A DNA stretch of 64,000 bases from the human T2T-CHM13v2.0 reference genome, Homo sapiens: NCBI RefSeq assembly GCF_009914755.1, contig NC_060947.1; one strand, given 5' to 3'. This document shows positions 1 to 11,375 of this stretch, one piece after another. Each line of letters starts with the position of its first letter. The stretch's first letter is position 1. The position numbers and the translations under genes were made by a program. The notes under the pieces were generated by a model. The model had not been told where the DNA came from. It ran no database searches and was given only the letters and a program-made list of their open reading frames with translations.

Positions 1-59
1 TCTGAGCTAGACCACTGCAACATTCTCTTAACTGAATTCAGCATATATACTATTGCCAT

Positions 60-555
60 TTGCCTGGATGATATTTTACAAACGTAAATTAGATAATTTC
101 ATGCCCTTGTTTAAAACTTTTAAAATAGGTCCCCATTATCCTTAGAATAAAGCCCCAAATAATTACTATGCTCTATAAGGCCCTGCATGAACTGACCTGT
201 GTCCATATCTCTGACCTCATCTTGTACCTTTCTCCCATTTGCTCTCCCGCTTCACTCTACAAACATATTGGGCTTCCTGTCTCAGTGCTTCAGCATTCTC
301 TTTCTCTCTCCCTTTCTTACATTTCAGATTTCAGTTCAAATATCACTTCCACCAGGAAGCCTTGCCTCCAGGCTAGCTTAGTCTACCTGTTTTGTGTTCC
401 ATAGAAAGCTGCACTCTCTCTTTTTCCCTCTCAGAACCCATTTTCTTACTTGTTTAATGTTTTCCTTCTCCATTAGACTCTTAAGTTTCATGAAGGCCAG
501 AACTGTGTCTGTCTAATTCACCAAGCACGATACCTGGAACATAGCAGATATCTTT
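60..555 (+). mobile_element. LINE-2 3' fragment (degenerate)
   Basis: L2-like 3' motifs: 'ctttaaaataggtccccattatccttagaataaagccc' and 'taagtttcatgaaggccagaactgtgtctgtct...cacgatacctggaacatagcagatatc'. Boundaries approximate. Confidence 0.7.
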
Positions 556-566
556 AAAAAATGATT

Positions 567-1050
567 CTTACACAAATATCCAAAGCAGCATCATTCATAA
601 TACCCAAAACGTAGACACTGCCCACATCTGCCACTTGATGAATGGATAAGCAAATGTGATATATCTATACAATGGAATATTATTTAGCCATGAAAAATAA
701 TAATGTATTGATTCATTATACAACAAAAATGAACCTTGAAAATATATAATAAAGAAGTGAGTCACCAAAGATCACACATTGTATGATTCCATTTAATAAA
801 AAAAAGTCCAGAATAGGCAAATCCATAGACACAGAAAGTACATTCATGGTTGCCAGGTGCTGAGAAGAGGGGAAAATGAGAAGTGACTGTCAACAGTATG
901 GAATTACTTTTGGGGATGGTGAAAATGTTCTAAAATTACATAGGGGTGATGGTTGTACAACTCTGTGAGTATAATAAAAACAACTGAATTGTACACTTTA
1001 AATGTGTGAATTTTACATATGTGAATTATATCTCAATAAAGCTGTTAAAA
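567..1050 (+). mobile_element. Old L1 (L1MB/L1MC-like) 3' end, inserted at the L2 tail
   Basis: 'gatgaatggataagcaaatgtgatatatctatacaatggaatattatttagcc', 'tgtatgattccattt', ending 'gtgaattatatctcaataaagctgttaaaa'. Confidence 0.85.
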
Positions 1051-1239
1051 TGAATTAATGAGAATAATATAAACTATAGATCTGACAACGTAGAAAAATG
1101 CTGAGTGACTTTTAATTTACGAGAGAGCAAAGAAACAAGAAATAGTAAAGCTTCATCTCGTGAATTGCACACACTTATTTCATGCAACTGCTTTTACCTC
1201 CTTAGGAACCGGCAACTGAAAGAGAAAACATGGGTCCTA

Positions 1240-1410
1240 AATTTGGAAAGGACCTCAGAGATTATGTAATTCAACTATCTCACTCTACATATGAGAAATG
1301 GAGGTGCAGAGGGAAAGTGACTCTACAAGTTCGCACAGCAAATTCATGACCAGACATATACGAAAGCCTTTGTCTCCTGAGTCTCATTTCAGGGTTCTTT
1401 CCATGATACC
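1240..1410 (-). mobile_element. MIR/MIR3 SINE
   Basis: 'ggaaaggacctcagagattatgtaattcaac...tacatatgagaaatggaggtgcagagggaaagtgact' resembles the antisense MIR core. Confidence 0.65.
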
Positions 1411-1822
1411 CAGCCAAGTCAGCTTCCTTAAGAGTTTTTCCAGTAGCCCTTCACAACTTCCGTTTACAAAGTAGTAATCCCTATCTGCAAGGGAAGCTGT
1501 GAGATATAGTTTCTGTTAGTAAGGAAGAAAGGGAGAACGACCCTTTGGGAGGCAACTTGTATTTTCTGCCACAAGTTCTTTTGCGGAAAATTTTGGATTG
1601 GCCAGTATTTAGATCTGGAAGAATCCAATGTTCTCTGCTGTTACCTCTGAAGTCAGCATGAACATTTCCAGTACAGTGTGAATACAATAGCCACACATGG
1701 AACCCCTTTCATGATAAACATCTTTAGCCCCAGTTGAGAGTCTCCACAATTCCTGAGCAATTTGCATTTGGCAGGGCTGTGTGCAAGACATTACTGGCTC
1801 AAATGAATGTAAATTTACTTTA

Positions 1823-2308
<486 letters not shown>

Positions 2309-2389
2309 TTACTATATCTAATTACACTGGCTTTGGAAAAGAGTTGATAAACATGGATAATATTTTAATTTAAAATTGTTTAAAAATGT

Positions 2390-2431
2390 GGCCAGGCATG
2401 GTGGCTCCCGCCTGTAATACCAGCACTGTGG
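2390..2431 (+). mobile_element. Alu 5' stub (42 bp)
   Basis: 'ggccaggcatggtggctcccgcctgtaataccagcactgtgg' followed by abrupt loss of homology. Confidence 0.8.
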
Positions 2432-5194
2432 TTAGAATGTAACAAAAATTGCAGGAATTAAAAAAAAAGAAAATGTTTTTTAATCATTCACTTTACTTTT
2501 GAGCCTAGTGGTTTTAATAGGATGTAATTAACAACATTTTCCATGTTTTTCTATTTGTTTTCTCTGCTTGTTGCAAACTACCTCTTTAAAGTAAAATTGT
2601 ATTGGAGAAGTCTAGGGTACAGTGGCCTCTTCTCTTGTAGTTTGCAACAACTTTTCCCCAAGTAAATTGATACTAATGGCACTGAAAATACCTGGAAGCT
2701 TGATGTCTAGAGGACAAAAAGGAAAGAGTGGCTGCTTCTTCCCTATATACTGTATGCTAACAAAGAAACCAGGTCTGCAGAATCCTTTTAACTTTCTTGA
2801 CTTAGTTTCATATCAACCCCAAAAGTCATGTAGTATTGACCATTTGCAGAACAGAGCAATGACAACAATTCCTCCAGATAAGTTAATTATCTGCATTAAA
2901 GAATGCCTCATGTTTCTTGATCTACTAATAATATTAGATAACATGGGCTATTCCAAGGCATTTTAATGAGTACCCTGGCGATGACAGTCTTTGGGAAAAT
3001 ATTTCTGACTTCTAATTAACTTTAAAAGTTTCCTTGGGCATTTTTTCTGGTTGTTGTTGTTTTGAAACTGAGAATGAAAGAAGGAAATTATATGGTAGAC
3101 ATTTAATGCATTCTTTCTGAATCTTTCTGTAGATGACATAAATTAATGGCTGTTCTCATTTTTCATGCTCCCATGCATGAAAAGAAAGAAATTAAGACAA
3201 TAATGTTATTTAACTATTATAAGAGGAATTCATCTTTGATCAGAATTATCCAGAGCTTTCTACCTCTGGCATCTGTGTACTTTACTGAGACACCTCCTGG
3301 GCCAATGAACCAACTCAAGCTCTGCCAAATGTAAATGTTTAAATTTTAGTGATTCCGGCCCCAAATCTTACTGTCTATATCCACAGCATTGGGAGAACAC
3401 CCTTTTCTGAAGCATAAGAAATTCTATTACCCAGCAGCCTGGGATAAGTTAAATTAGTCAGTAGACAATTTCACTACAGGAGTATCTGCCTCTAGGAAAA
3501 CCATTAATTTTGTTTAAAGTGACTGTGTCACAATTATTGAGGACTTTTCAAATTTTTCTATTGCCAGAGAGTCTTGCTTAAAGAGAAGAATGTTGATTGA
3601 CTACATAATTTTTCTTGCTCCTCTCCTCCTCAAAAAAATCACACACACAAATATGCAAATATGTACAGATATTTAACTCAATTTTGACTGACCTTTCAAT
3701 AAGTTTTCTGGATAATTAAAGTAGGGCCTTTATAAGTTAAAAAGATAATCAAAACTGTGGTACTGGACTTATGCTATGCACGAATGACAGTGTCTCACAT
3801 AAAGGTATTATATAGAAAAATGAACAGAAAAGTGAATAACAAATTGTACGAAATGTAAGGTGTGTGGTCTATTAATCTAAAGTACAACAATCTCACTGAA
3901 TATACGTATCAGCTTACATTTTTGATGTTATGTTTCAGTTTGCATTTTTGTGAACATGAAATCCTCAAATGCAACATAAGTCTGTGTGGGTCAAGTCGGC
4001 CATCCTCACTGCACACATGTGCGAATGCAGGCATCCCCTGAATCCAAAATTGTTACAAAAGAAACTGCTAAAGTAGATTAATTCTGCATGTAGCTTTCTT
4101 GGTGCCCTTAAGGGCAGCAAGTATTCCTCCAGGGAATTATGTATGTTCACTCTTCATTGTTTTCCTCTAAAGGGATCATATTATCAGTGAAAGACCCTAT
4201 TGGTCCCAGGCCTACTTTAGAAGTGTCTTTTAAAAGATTGCTAGGCCTTCCTAAGAATTAAATAGAAGAAAAAGGCAGTCTGTACAGATCTCACCTCTGG
4301 TAACCAAAAGCAAGCATCTTTGCAGCTAACTTTGCTTCTGTTGCAACTGATACAGGGACAAATGGCTGTAATTATATAGGGGAGGATACCAAATCTCTAT
4401 TTAGAGACCAGAGCTCTATTAGCAGTGCATTTTCCAGGGTCTGATGACTAGTAAACAGGAAATAAGCCTATCTACCTTGAATGAGCACAGCTATCCCCCT
4501 GGGGAGTTCCATTAAGGATAACAGTGATGATGGTATGTGCCACTACTGGGCACTCTTCTATGCAGCGCATGCTAAGTGGAAATGGCATTCTTTTCTCAGA
4601 CTCTCTGCTCACTTCCTGTACTGTATATAACTGCATTATGAGATCTTGGGTGTCCTTCTACAGAGGTAGGACCAAGTGTTCTTTCGAGGATTGAGAGAAG
4701 AGAGATTTGGAGGTGGGACAATCTAGCCAAATAATCTTAGTCACTTTATTATTCATAAGGATGTTAACCAAGAGTTCCTTAGTAGCAAAATGAGATTCTT
4801 TATGTTGTCAGTTTTCCAAAATATATTCCACTTCTCTCTGTCTCAGAGCAGGCCTTTTCAGAGTAGAACATTGTGCCTCCACTGAATGGTACCTTGCTTT
4901 GGCTTTGAAGTCTCTCTATCATTTTGTATTCCTAACTCCTCTCCCCAAGTCTCCATCTATCTGTCCTGAATCCTCTCTGACAGTCATCTTATTGTAGATT
5001 ATATATGAAATGAAAACCAACTAGATTTTTTCAGTTATTGCTGTTGCTTGTCATTCCTTTTTCTTCTCCATATTCTGACTTCAGATTTGAGGAATGGCTA
5101 CAATTCTTGATTATCTATGATAATTGTGGGGCCCATGAAAGCTATTTATTCAAAGCACAATGTAGAAAAAGGGAGGGCTTTAGAGTTGCACAGC

Positions 5195-5288
5195 TCTACA
5201 CTGAAATCCTATCACTATCCCTTACTAGTTAACTGATTTTGGGCATATTAAGTTCTCTGAGCCTTGTTTACTTCCTCTGGAAAATGAG
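5195..5288 (+). mobile_element. MIR, interrupted by an MLT1A LTR (resumes ~5656-5710)
   Basis: 'cccttactagttaactgattttgggcatattaagttctctgagccttgtttacttcctctggaaaatgag' ... 'atgagtctaataagaatatctac'. Confidence 0.7.
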
Positions 5289-5655
5289 TGTGAAGGACTA
5301 AATGTTTATGCTCCCCCCACTAAAATGTATATGTTGAGATTCTAACCCCCAAGGTGATGATATGAAGAGGTGGAGCCTTTGGAAGGTGATTAGGTCATAA
5401 GGGCTGAGCCCTCATGAATAGGATTGGTACTCTGAAAACAGAGACCTCAAAGAGTTCCCTAAGCTCTTCCGCCATGTGAGGTTACAGTGGGAAGATGGTT
5501 ATCTGTGGGGGAGGAAGCCCTCATCAGACAATGAATCTGCTGGCACCTTGATCTTGGACTTCCCAACCTGCCGAACTGTAAGAAATGAATGTATGTTGTT
5601 TATGAGCTACCCAGTTTATGGTATTTTATTATAGCAGCCTGAACAGATTAAGGCA
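5289..5655 (+). mobile_element. MLT1A-type solo LTR (ERVL-MaLR)
   Basis: TG...CA ends, 'gctggcaccttgatcttggacttccc', and a perfect 5-bp TSD ATGAG (5284-5288 / 5656-5660). Confidence 0.93.
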
Positions 5656-6159
5656 ATGAGTCTAATAAGAATATCTACTGTTTGGAGTTTTAGGATTGAA
5701 AATTATTCCCCTTTGCATATTCTGAGTTAGGAGCCACTCTTTGAGTCAGGCAAATGGAGATACAAATGTCAATTTCATTATTAATAAAGTTGATTTAAAC
5801 CGGAGACTGATTACTGCTACTACTTTCCTACTCATCCACCTTGAATTAAACTTACCCAGCCAGGCAGTCATAGACAGAACTGTGCAACTGTGGTCTTGCC
5901 CTACAACGGGAAATCCTTCCCCAAAAACTTTACTAATGGCTAGGCTGGGAATTTACAGGTTCTCCAAAAGAGAGACTGAAAACTCATAAGTGAATGAATC
6001 ATACCTGCTCAGTCCCTTCTTTCAATGTTGCCAAGCAGCTTTTTCCCCTCTTCAGTTAGGCAGGAGTGGTGAGGGATGACTTGGAATTGCTCCTCCCCTA
6101 TTCTTTTTCTTCTCTATGGAAACTTGAGCAGTGAGGCACAAGAGTTGTCTTATTAACAG

Positions 6160-6289
6160 CTAGGATTAGTGTGAGGATTAAATGAGATACCACATGCCAA
6201 CTATCTTATATAGTACCTGGCACATGATAGAAGTTCAGATGGACAATACAGGAATCAAAATCCAGCATTACTCATTAGCCATGTGGTTT
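6160..6289 (+). mobile_element. MIR fragments; the second is split by LTR12C and resumes at 7537-7700
   Basis: 'gtgaggattaaatgagata...agtacctggcacatgatag'. After the LTR: 'taggtaatttacccaaccttctgaacttccc...gggcctggtgcatagtaggtacttagtaaa'. Confidence 0.7.
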
Positions 6290-7536
6290 TGTGTCTGGAA
6301 TTTGTGGGTTCTTGGTCTCACTGACTTCAAGAATGAAGCTGCAGACCCCCGCGGTGAGTGTTACAGTTCTTAAAGGTGGTGTGTCTGGGGTTTGTTCCTT
6401 CTGGTGTTCGGATGTGTTTGGAGTTTCTTCCTTCTGGTGGGTTCGTGGTCTCGCTGGCTCAGGAGTGAAGCTGCAGACCTTCGTGGTGAGTGTTACAGCT
6501 CATAAAGGCAGTGTGGACCCAAACAGTGAGCAGTAGCAAGATTCATTGAAAAGAGCGAAGGAACAAAGATTCCACAGTGTGGACGGGGACCAGAACCGGT
6601 TGCCACTGCTAGGTTGGGCAGCCTGCCTTTATTCTCTTATCTGGCCCCACCCACATCCTGCTGATTGGTCCATTTTACAGAGAGCCGATTGGTCCATTTT
6701 GACAGGGTGCTGATTGGTGGGTTTACAATCCCTGAGCTAGACACAAAAGTTCTCCATCTCCCCACTAGATTAGCTAGATACAGAGTGTCGATTGGTGTAT
6801 TTACAAACCCTGAGCTAGACACAGAGTGCTGATTGGTGTATTTAAAAAACCTTGAGCTAGATGCAGAGTGCTGATTGGTGCATTCACAATCCCTTAGCTA
6901 GACATAAAGATTCTCCAAGTCCCCACCAGACTCAGGAGCCCAGCTGGCTTCACCCAGTGGGTCCCGCACTGGGCCGCAGGTGGAGCCGCCTGCCAGTTAT
7001 GCGCCTTGCGCCTGCACTCCTCAGCCCTTGGGCGGTTGATGGGACTGGGCGCCCTGGAGCAGAGAGCGGCACTCGTCCGGGAGGCTCGGGCCGTGCAGGA
7101 GCCCATGGCGGTTGGTGGGGAGGCTCAGGCATGGGGGCGCTGCAGGTCCCAAGCCCTGCCCCGCAGAGAGGCAGCTAAGGCCTGGCGAGAAATCAAGCAC
7201 AGCAGCTGCTGGCCCAGGTGCTAAGCCCCTCACTGCCTGGGGCTTGTGGGCCAGCCAGCAGCTCTGAGTGCGGGGCCGCTGAGCCCACGCCCACCCAGAA
7301 CTTGCGCTGGCCTGCAAGCGCGTGCGCAGCCCTGGTTCCCGCCTGCGCCTCTCCCTTCACACCTCCCTGCAAGTGGAGGGAGCCGGCTCTGGCCTCCGCC
7401 ATCCCAGGAAGGGGCTCCCACAGTGCAGCCGCGGGCTGAAGGGCTCCTCAAGCGCGGCCAGAGTGGGCACTGAGGCCGAGGAGGCACCGAGAGTGAGCAA
7501 GGGCTGCAAGGGCTGCCAGCACGCTGTCACCTCTCA
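6290..7536 (-). mobile_element. LTR12C-like solo LTR (ERV9/HERV9, ERV1)
   Basis: The minus strand starts TGAGAGGTGACAGCGTG and ends GACCAAGAACCCACAAATTCCAGACACA. Perfect 4-bp TSD GTTT (6286-6289 / 7537-7540). GC/CpG-rich U3 and ~41-bp CCAAT repeats. Confidence 0.97.
6600..6900 (-). promoter_or_regulatory. LTR12 enhancer/promoter core (NF-Y CCAAT array, GT-box, GATA, AATAAA TATA-like box)
   Basis: ATTGG at 6664, 6688, 6713, 6791, 6832 and 6874; CCCCACCCAC 6645-6654; AGATAA (minus) 6637-6642; AATAAA (minus) 6628-6633. Activity is inferred from the family, not observed. Confidence 0.7.
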
Positions 7537-8747
7537 GTTTTAGGTAATTTACCCAACCTTTCTGAACTTCCCTTGTTTGATCTTTAAAATTAAGGTAATA
7601 ACAATTAGCTTGCACAGTTGTAAAAATTAGAGAAAATATCTGTGAAGGGCCTGGTGCATAGTAGGTACTTAGTAAACTGCAACTATTATCATTATCATGA
7701 TCCAGTTGTATAAATTGATTTGTAGATTGTGTCCTGCATTTTTTTTTCCCATAGCAGATTGACATAGCAGTGCTCACATTTATCAATGGGAATAGTCAAG
7801 GGTTGAATTGGTAAAAGTGTAGCTGAGAAGCAAGTCCAGGACCCAAGGCAAGCATTCTGGGAATGTAAGAATTTCTGTGGCTCATCCATAGAGCAGCAAA
7901 CCTACATGTAAATATTTTAGAGGTGACTGAAGTTTGAAACGTCCTTTTGTAATATAAGTATATTTTTGAAGATTAAAAAAATATTTGTTTTGCAAAGAAC
8001 ATTTTTTCCCATATGGAACTAATTTTTTGGTAGGAAATTAGACTTGTAGAGACAAGGTTTTCATGCCTTTCATTCTTTTCAGGCTTACAAAGTATTTCCT
8101 ATCTGGAACCCCAGTTCTTGGCCAATTTAATGTTGCTGACAATTGTATTTGGTAGGATAATTTCAGTTTCACCTAGGTTCAGAGAATAATTGCCAATATA
8201 TTTCGGAAAGACTCTCTTAAAATGTTAAGTTTTTCCCTAGAGAGCAATCTAGTACAATGAAATCTTCTTGAAATATTATTTGCCACCATTTTAGACCTTC
8301 CAGTTTGGTGAACGTATTACTGTCATACTTCATTACTGTGTATTTTTGGTGTACCTTTCACATCAAAACCACCATTCAAAACATTTTGTGATTTAAAAGT
8401 ACAAAGTCTTAAAAAAGAACATAGCACTTCTTCTTATCAGAAATCCAGCACAGATGAGAAGATTTATTGTCTGATAGTCAAGATTGGATTGTGCAGTTGT
8501 TTGTGAGAAACCAGTGGATTTGATCAGAAATGGAATGAGTATACTGATGTGGCAGAGAGAATGGAAAATTTGGGTTTTGGGTTTTTGACTTTTTTGGGGA
8601 AAATGTCTCTAAAACATTGTTTTCTTAACAAATTAATTCTAATGGAAAGGTAGTAATCATTTAGGTTTAACCACTGAAACAAACAATTTGCTTTCCCAGA
8701 GTTGACACAGACACTCAACAGGTGAGTGAATGGGCTCTGTCCTTGAA

Positions 8748-9109
8748 GCTGTGTCCCCACCCAAATCTTATCTTGAATTGTAGTTTCCATAATCCCCACA
8801 TGTCCCGGGAAGGACCTGGTGGGAGGTAACTGAATCATGGGGGCAGTTACCCCCATGCTGTTCTCATGATAGCGAGTGAGTTATCATGAGATCTGATGGT
8901 TTTATAAGGGGCTTTTCCCCCCTTTGCTCAGCACTTCTCCTTCCTGCTGCCCTGTGAAGAAGGTGCCTTTCTTCCCCTTTTTCTTCCACCATGATTGTAA
9001 GGTTCCTAAGGCCTTCCTAGCCATGCGGAACTGTGAGTCAATTAAACTTCTTCATAAATTACCCAATCTCAGGTATTTCTCCATAGCAGCATGAGAACAG
9101 ACTAATACA
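8748..9109 (+). mobile_element. THE1 (THE1C/D-like) solo LTR, 5' terminal ~12 bp missing
   Basis: 'gctgtgtccccacccaaatcttatcttgaattgtag...catgagatctgatggttttataagggg...gagaacagactaataca'. Confidence 0.93.
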
Positions 9110-10529
9110 TATTGCTCATAAGAGGGACTGAGTGAGAGTAACCCAGCTACACTACTGTATAAACAAGCCAGAGCTTAAGGGATATTGTTGAGATCATTAA
9201 TATCATTTAGGTACATGAAGTACAGTGACCCACTTTCTACCTTCCAGAACTAGGCAGAATAAAGATAGAAATAAACTCTTCTTTTAAACTGTCTCTGTTA
9301 GTTGTTGCCTGACAGACTTGAAGTCAATGTTGGACCCATAAACCTCAACAAATATTCAAAGGGAAATTCCAAAATAGTTGTTTAAAGTGGCTAAGTTTTC
9401 ACCCCAGTGTAGAGAACAAAATAGTCTGTATGTACTGTGACTGTGTCAAGAAAATATTTGAGGTGGCATTATCAAACAATTTAAATGTGGTCTTTGATGA
9501 TCCAGAAACAAAAAACCACCAGAGAAGTCAATCTGTTATTCCAAAGGTCAGGGCCATCAGCCCCAGTAGCTGAAAAAAGGAAATAATGCAAAGAGCTTCT
9601 GGTCCTAGGGCTGATCAAGTGAGAGGAAAGGACATCCCCAGGAAGCCACTCTTCTGTATTCTTGGCTCAGAGGCAGCTGGTAATGCCAAGTGAGTTACAT
9701 ATTTACTCCATTCACAAATGTGCAAGTAAATTGAGGCCAATTTGTGTTAGGATTAAATTTATTCCAAAGAGGTGCTCACTTGAGTGGTCCTAGCAAGCCA
9801 GCCATTTTTAGTTACTTCAGCTCTATGGGTAAGTTTAGGAATACCAAACTAGCAAATTAAGAAGGAAAAAAAGGAAAAGGAAAACATGTTATAAAAATCT
9901 AAAATCTCCATGGACTTTTGAGCAATTTCTGTTGTTCTTCTGAAATGTATTGCTTTTCATTTCTCCAGATTTGATGTTTAAATGATAGCTGACAATTCCT
10001 GTTTGGGAAAACTCATGCACAGATAGTTATTACCCTGTAAGAAGAGATGTGAGCGTATTCGGAAATGTTCATCATGTGCCATAGCTCAAAAAACATATGG
10101 TACACAGCCCCAATAAAAATGAGATGCAGAAATTAAAATGGGCGGGTGCTTCTGGTTTTTGTTTGTTAACTGCAACTATGTAGGTCTAAACTTCATGGTT
10201 TTGTAGGTAAGTTACTGATACAGTGGTTAGCCGTGCCAGTGTCTTGGGGACAAGCCTTATGGATCCCAGTATTGCAGAAAAACCAGGCTCAGTGCAGTTG
10301 TTACATTTCACAGGACACACTTTGACCTGTGATGTAGCCAGGTTTTTAGTTACAAGCTCCATCATAACAGGGCTCTGTTGTGTTTTGTACAGTTCAATAA
10401 ATCAATTTGAACAGATACATCTCTTGTTGGAAAGAACTTAGATACTTTTTTTTTAATGAGGGAGCAAGCATTTGAATTGAAGGATTTGAATACAAATTGA
10501 AGTATATTCTTACATGTCTTAGAGATTAT

Positions 10530-10990
10530 ATGATTGCAAAAAACAGGAATCTTCACAAGTTAAGCCTAGTAAAGGAGAATGCATTTTAGGGTAAAGGAAG
10601 TCTCATGGACCCCCAACTCATGGGGGATTAGAAATTGTCAGGCAGCTAGCTCATCTTTCCATCTCTTGCTCTCTGTAGCAACACAATCTGTCATCTCTGC
10701 TTCTTTCTGCACAGCGGCTCGATCCTGCATTCTACAAAATGGCTTCCTCTGCCTGGCTCTTAATTTCTACTTCCCCACACCTCCAGCTCAGCTGTAGCTT
10801 TAGGTTGTTGTTGCACCTATTCTGGCCCTAAATGTTTTTGACCTAATGCTTTCGGTGCCCAATAACTTCTGACCTATTTAGTCTTTGTTTCTCTTTGTTC
10901 AAATTTTCAAGAAAATTGGATTGGCTTTTGCCAGTCAACAATTGATTCACTCCCAGCATGTGTGTCCACTTAGGCAGTGTTTGGGGGAAA
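10530..10990 (-). mobile_element. Possible ancient MLT1 LTR remnant
   Basis: Loose resemblance only ('tctgtcatctctgcttctttctgc...aatggcttcctctgcc', 'ttcaaattttcaagaaaattggattggc'). Confidence 0.35.
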
Positions 10991-11084
10991 AAGTGTTAAC
11001 AAAAAATGTACAGCTGTAAGCAATGTAGTTTAAACTAAAAAGTTAGTTGGATACTGTGAAATGACTAATGTATCAAATACATCC

Positions 11085-11375
11085 ATTATTGTAATGATAA
11101 TGATGATAACAATGACTATAGTAATTAAATTACTATAGTAATTTAGTATAGTAATTAAAACAGCTACATTTATGGAACTCTTTGTAAGCTTATTATATAG
11201 ACTTATTTAATCTTCACAACAACTCTAAGGAGTAGGTATTATTACTGTCCCAGTTTTTACTGATGGGAAAATTTAGGCACAAAGAAGTGACTTATCCAAG
11301 GTCACATGGCCATTAAGTGGTTGAACAAGCCTCAAACCCAGACAGTCTGACACTAGAATTTTGATGCTCTACTGA
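11085..11375 (-). mobile_element. MIR
   Basis: 'atttaatcttcacaacaactctaaggagtaggtattattactgtcccag...gtgacttatccaaggtcacatggcc'. Confidence 0.88.

Noticed and set aside
2622-2966. 114-aa ORF in unique sequence
   Set aside because: It starts at GTG, has no recognisable domain, and is of a length expected by chance in 64 kb.
6660-6900. CRISPR-like or novel regularly spaced repeat array
   Set aside because: This is the known ~41-bp LTR12 tandem enhancer repeat with no unique spacers, in a eukaryotic context.
6861-7543. Dense overlapping ORFs and apparent CpG island
   Set aside because: GC-rich LTR12C U3 has few stop codons; this is neither a host CpG-island promoter nor a CDS.
9361-9370. Perfect NF-kB site GGGAAATTCC (also GGGGAGTTCC at 4501)
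   Set aside because: Isolated 10-mers of a degenerate motif are expected by chance.
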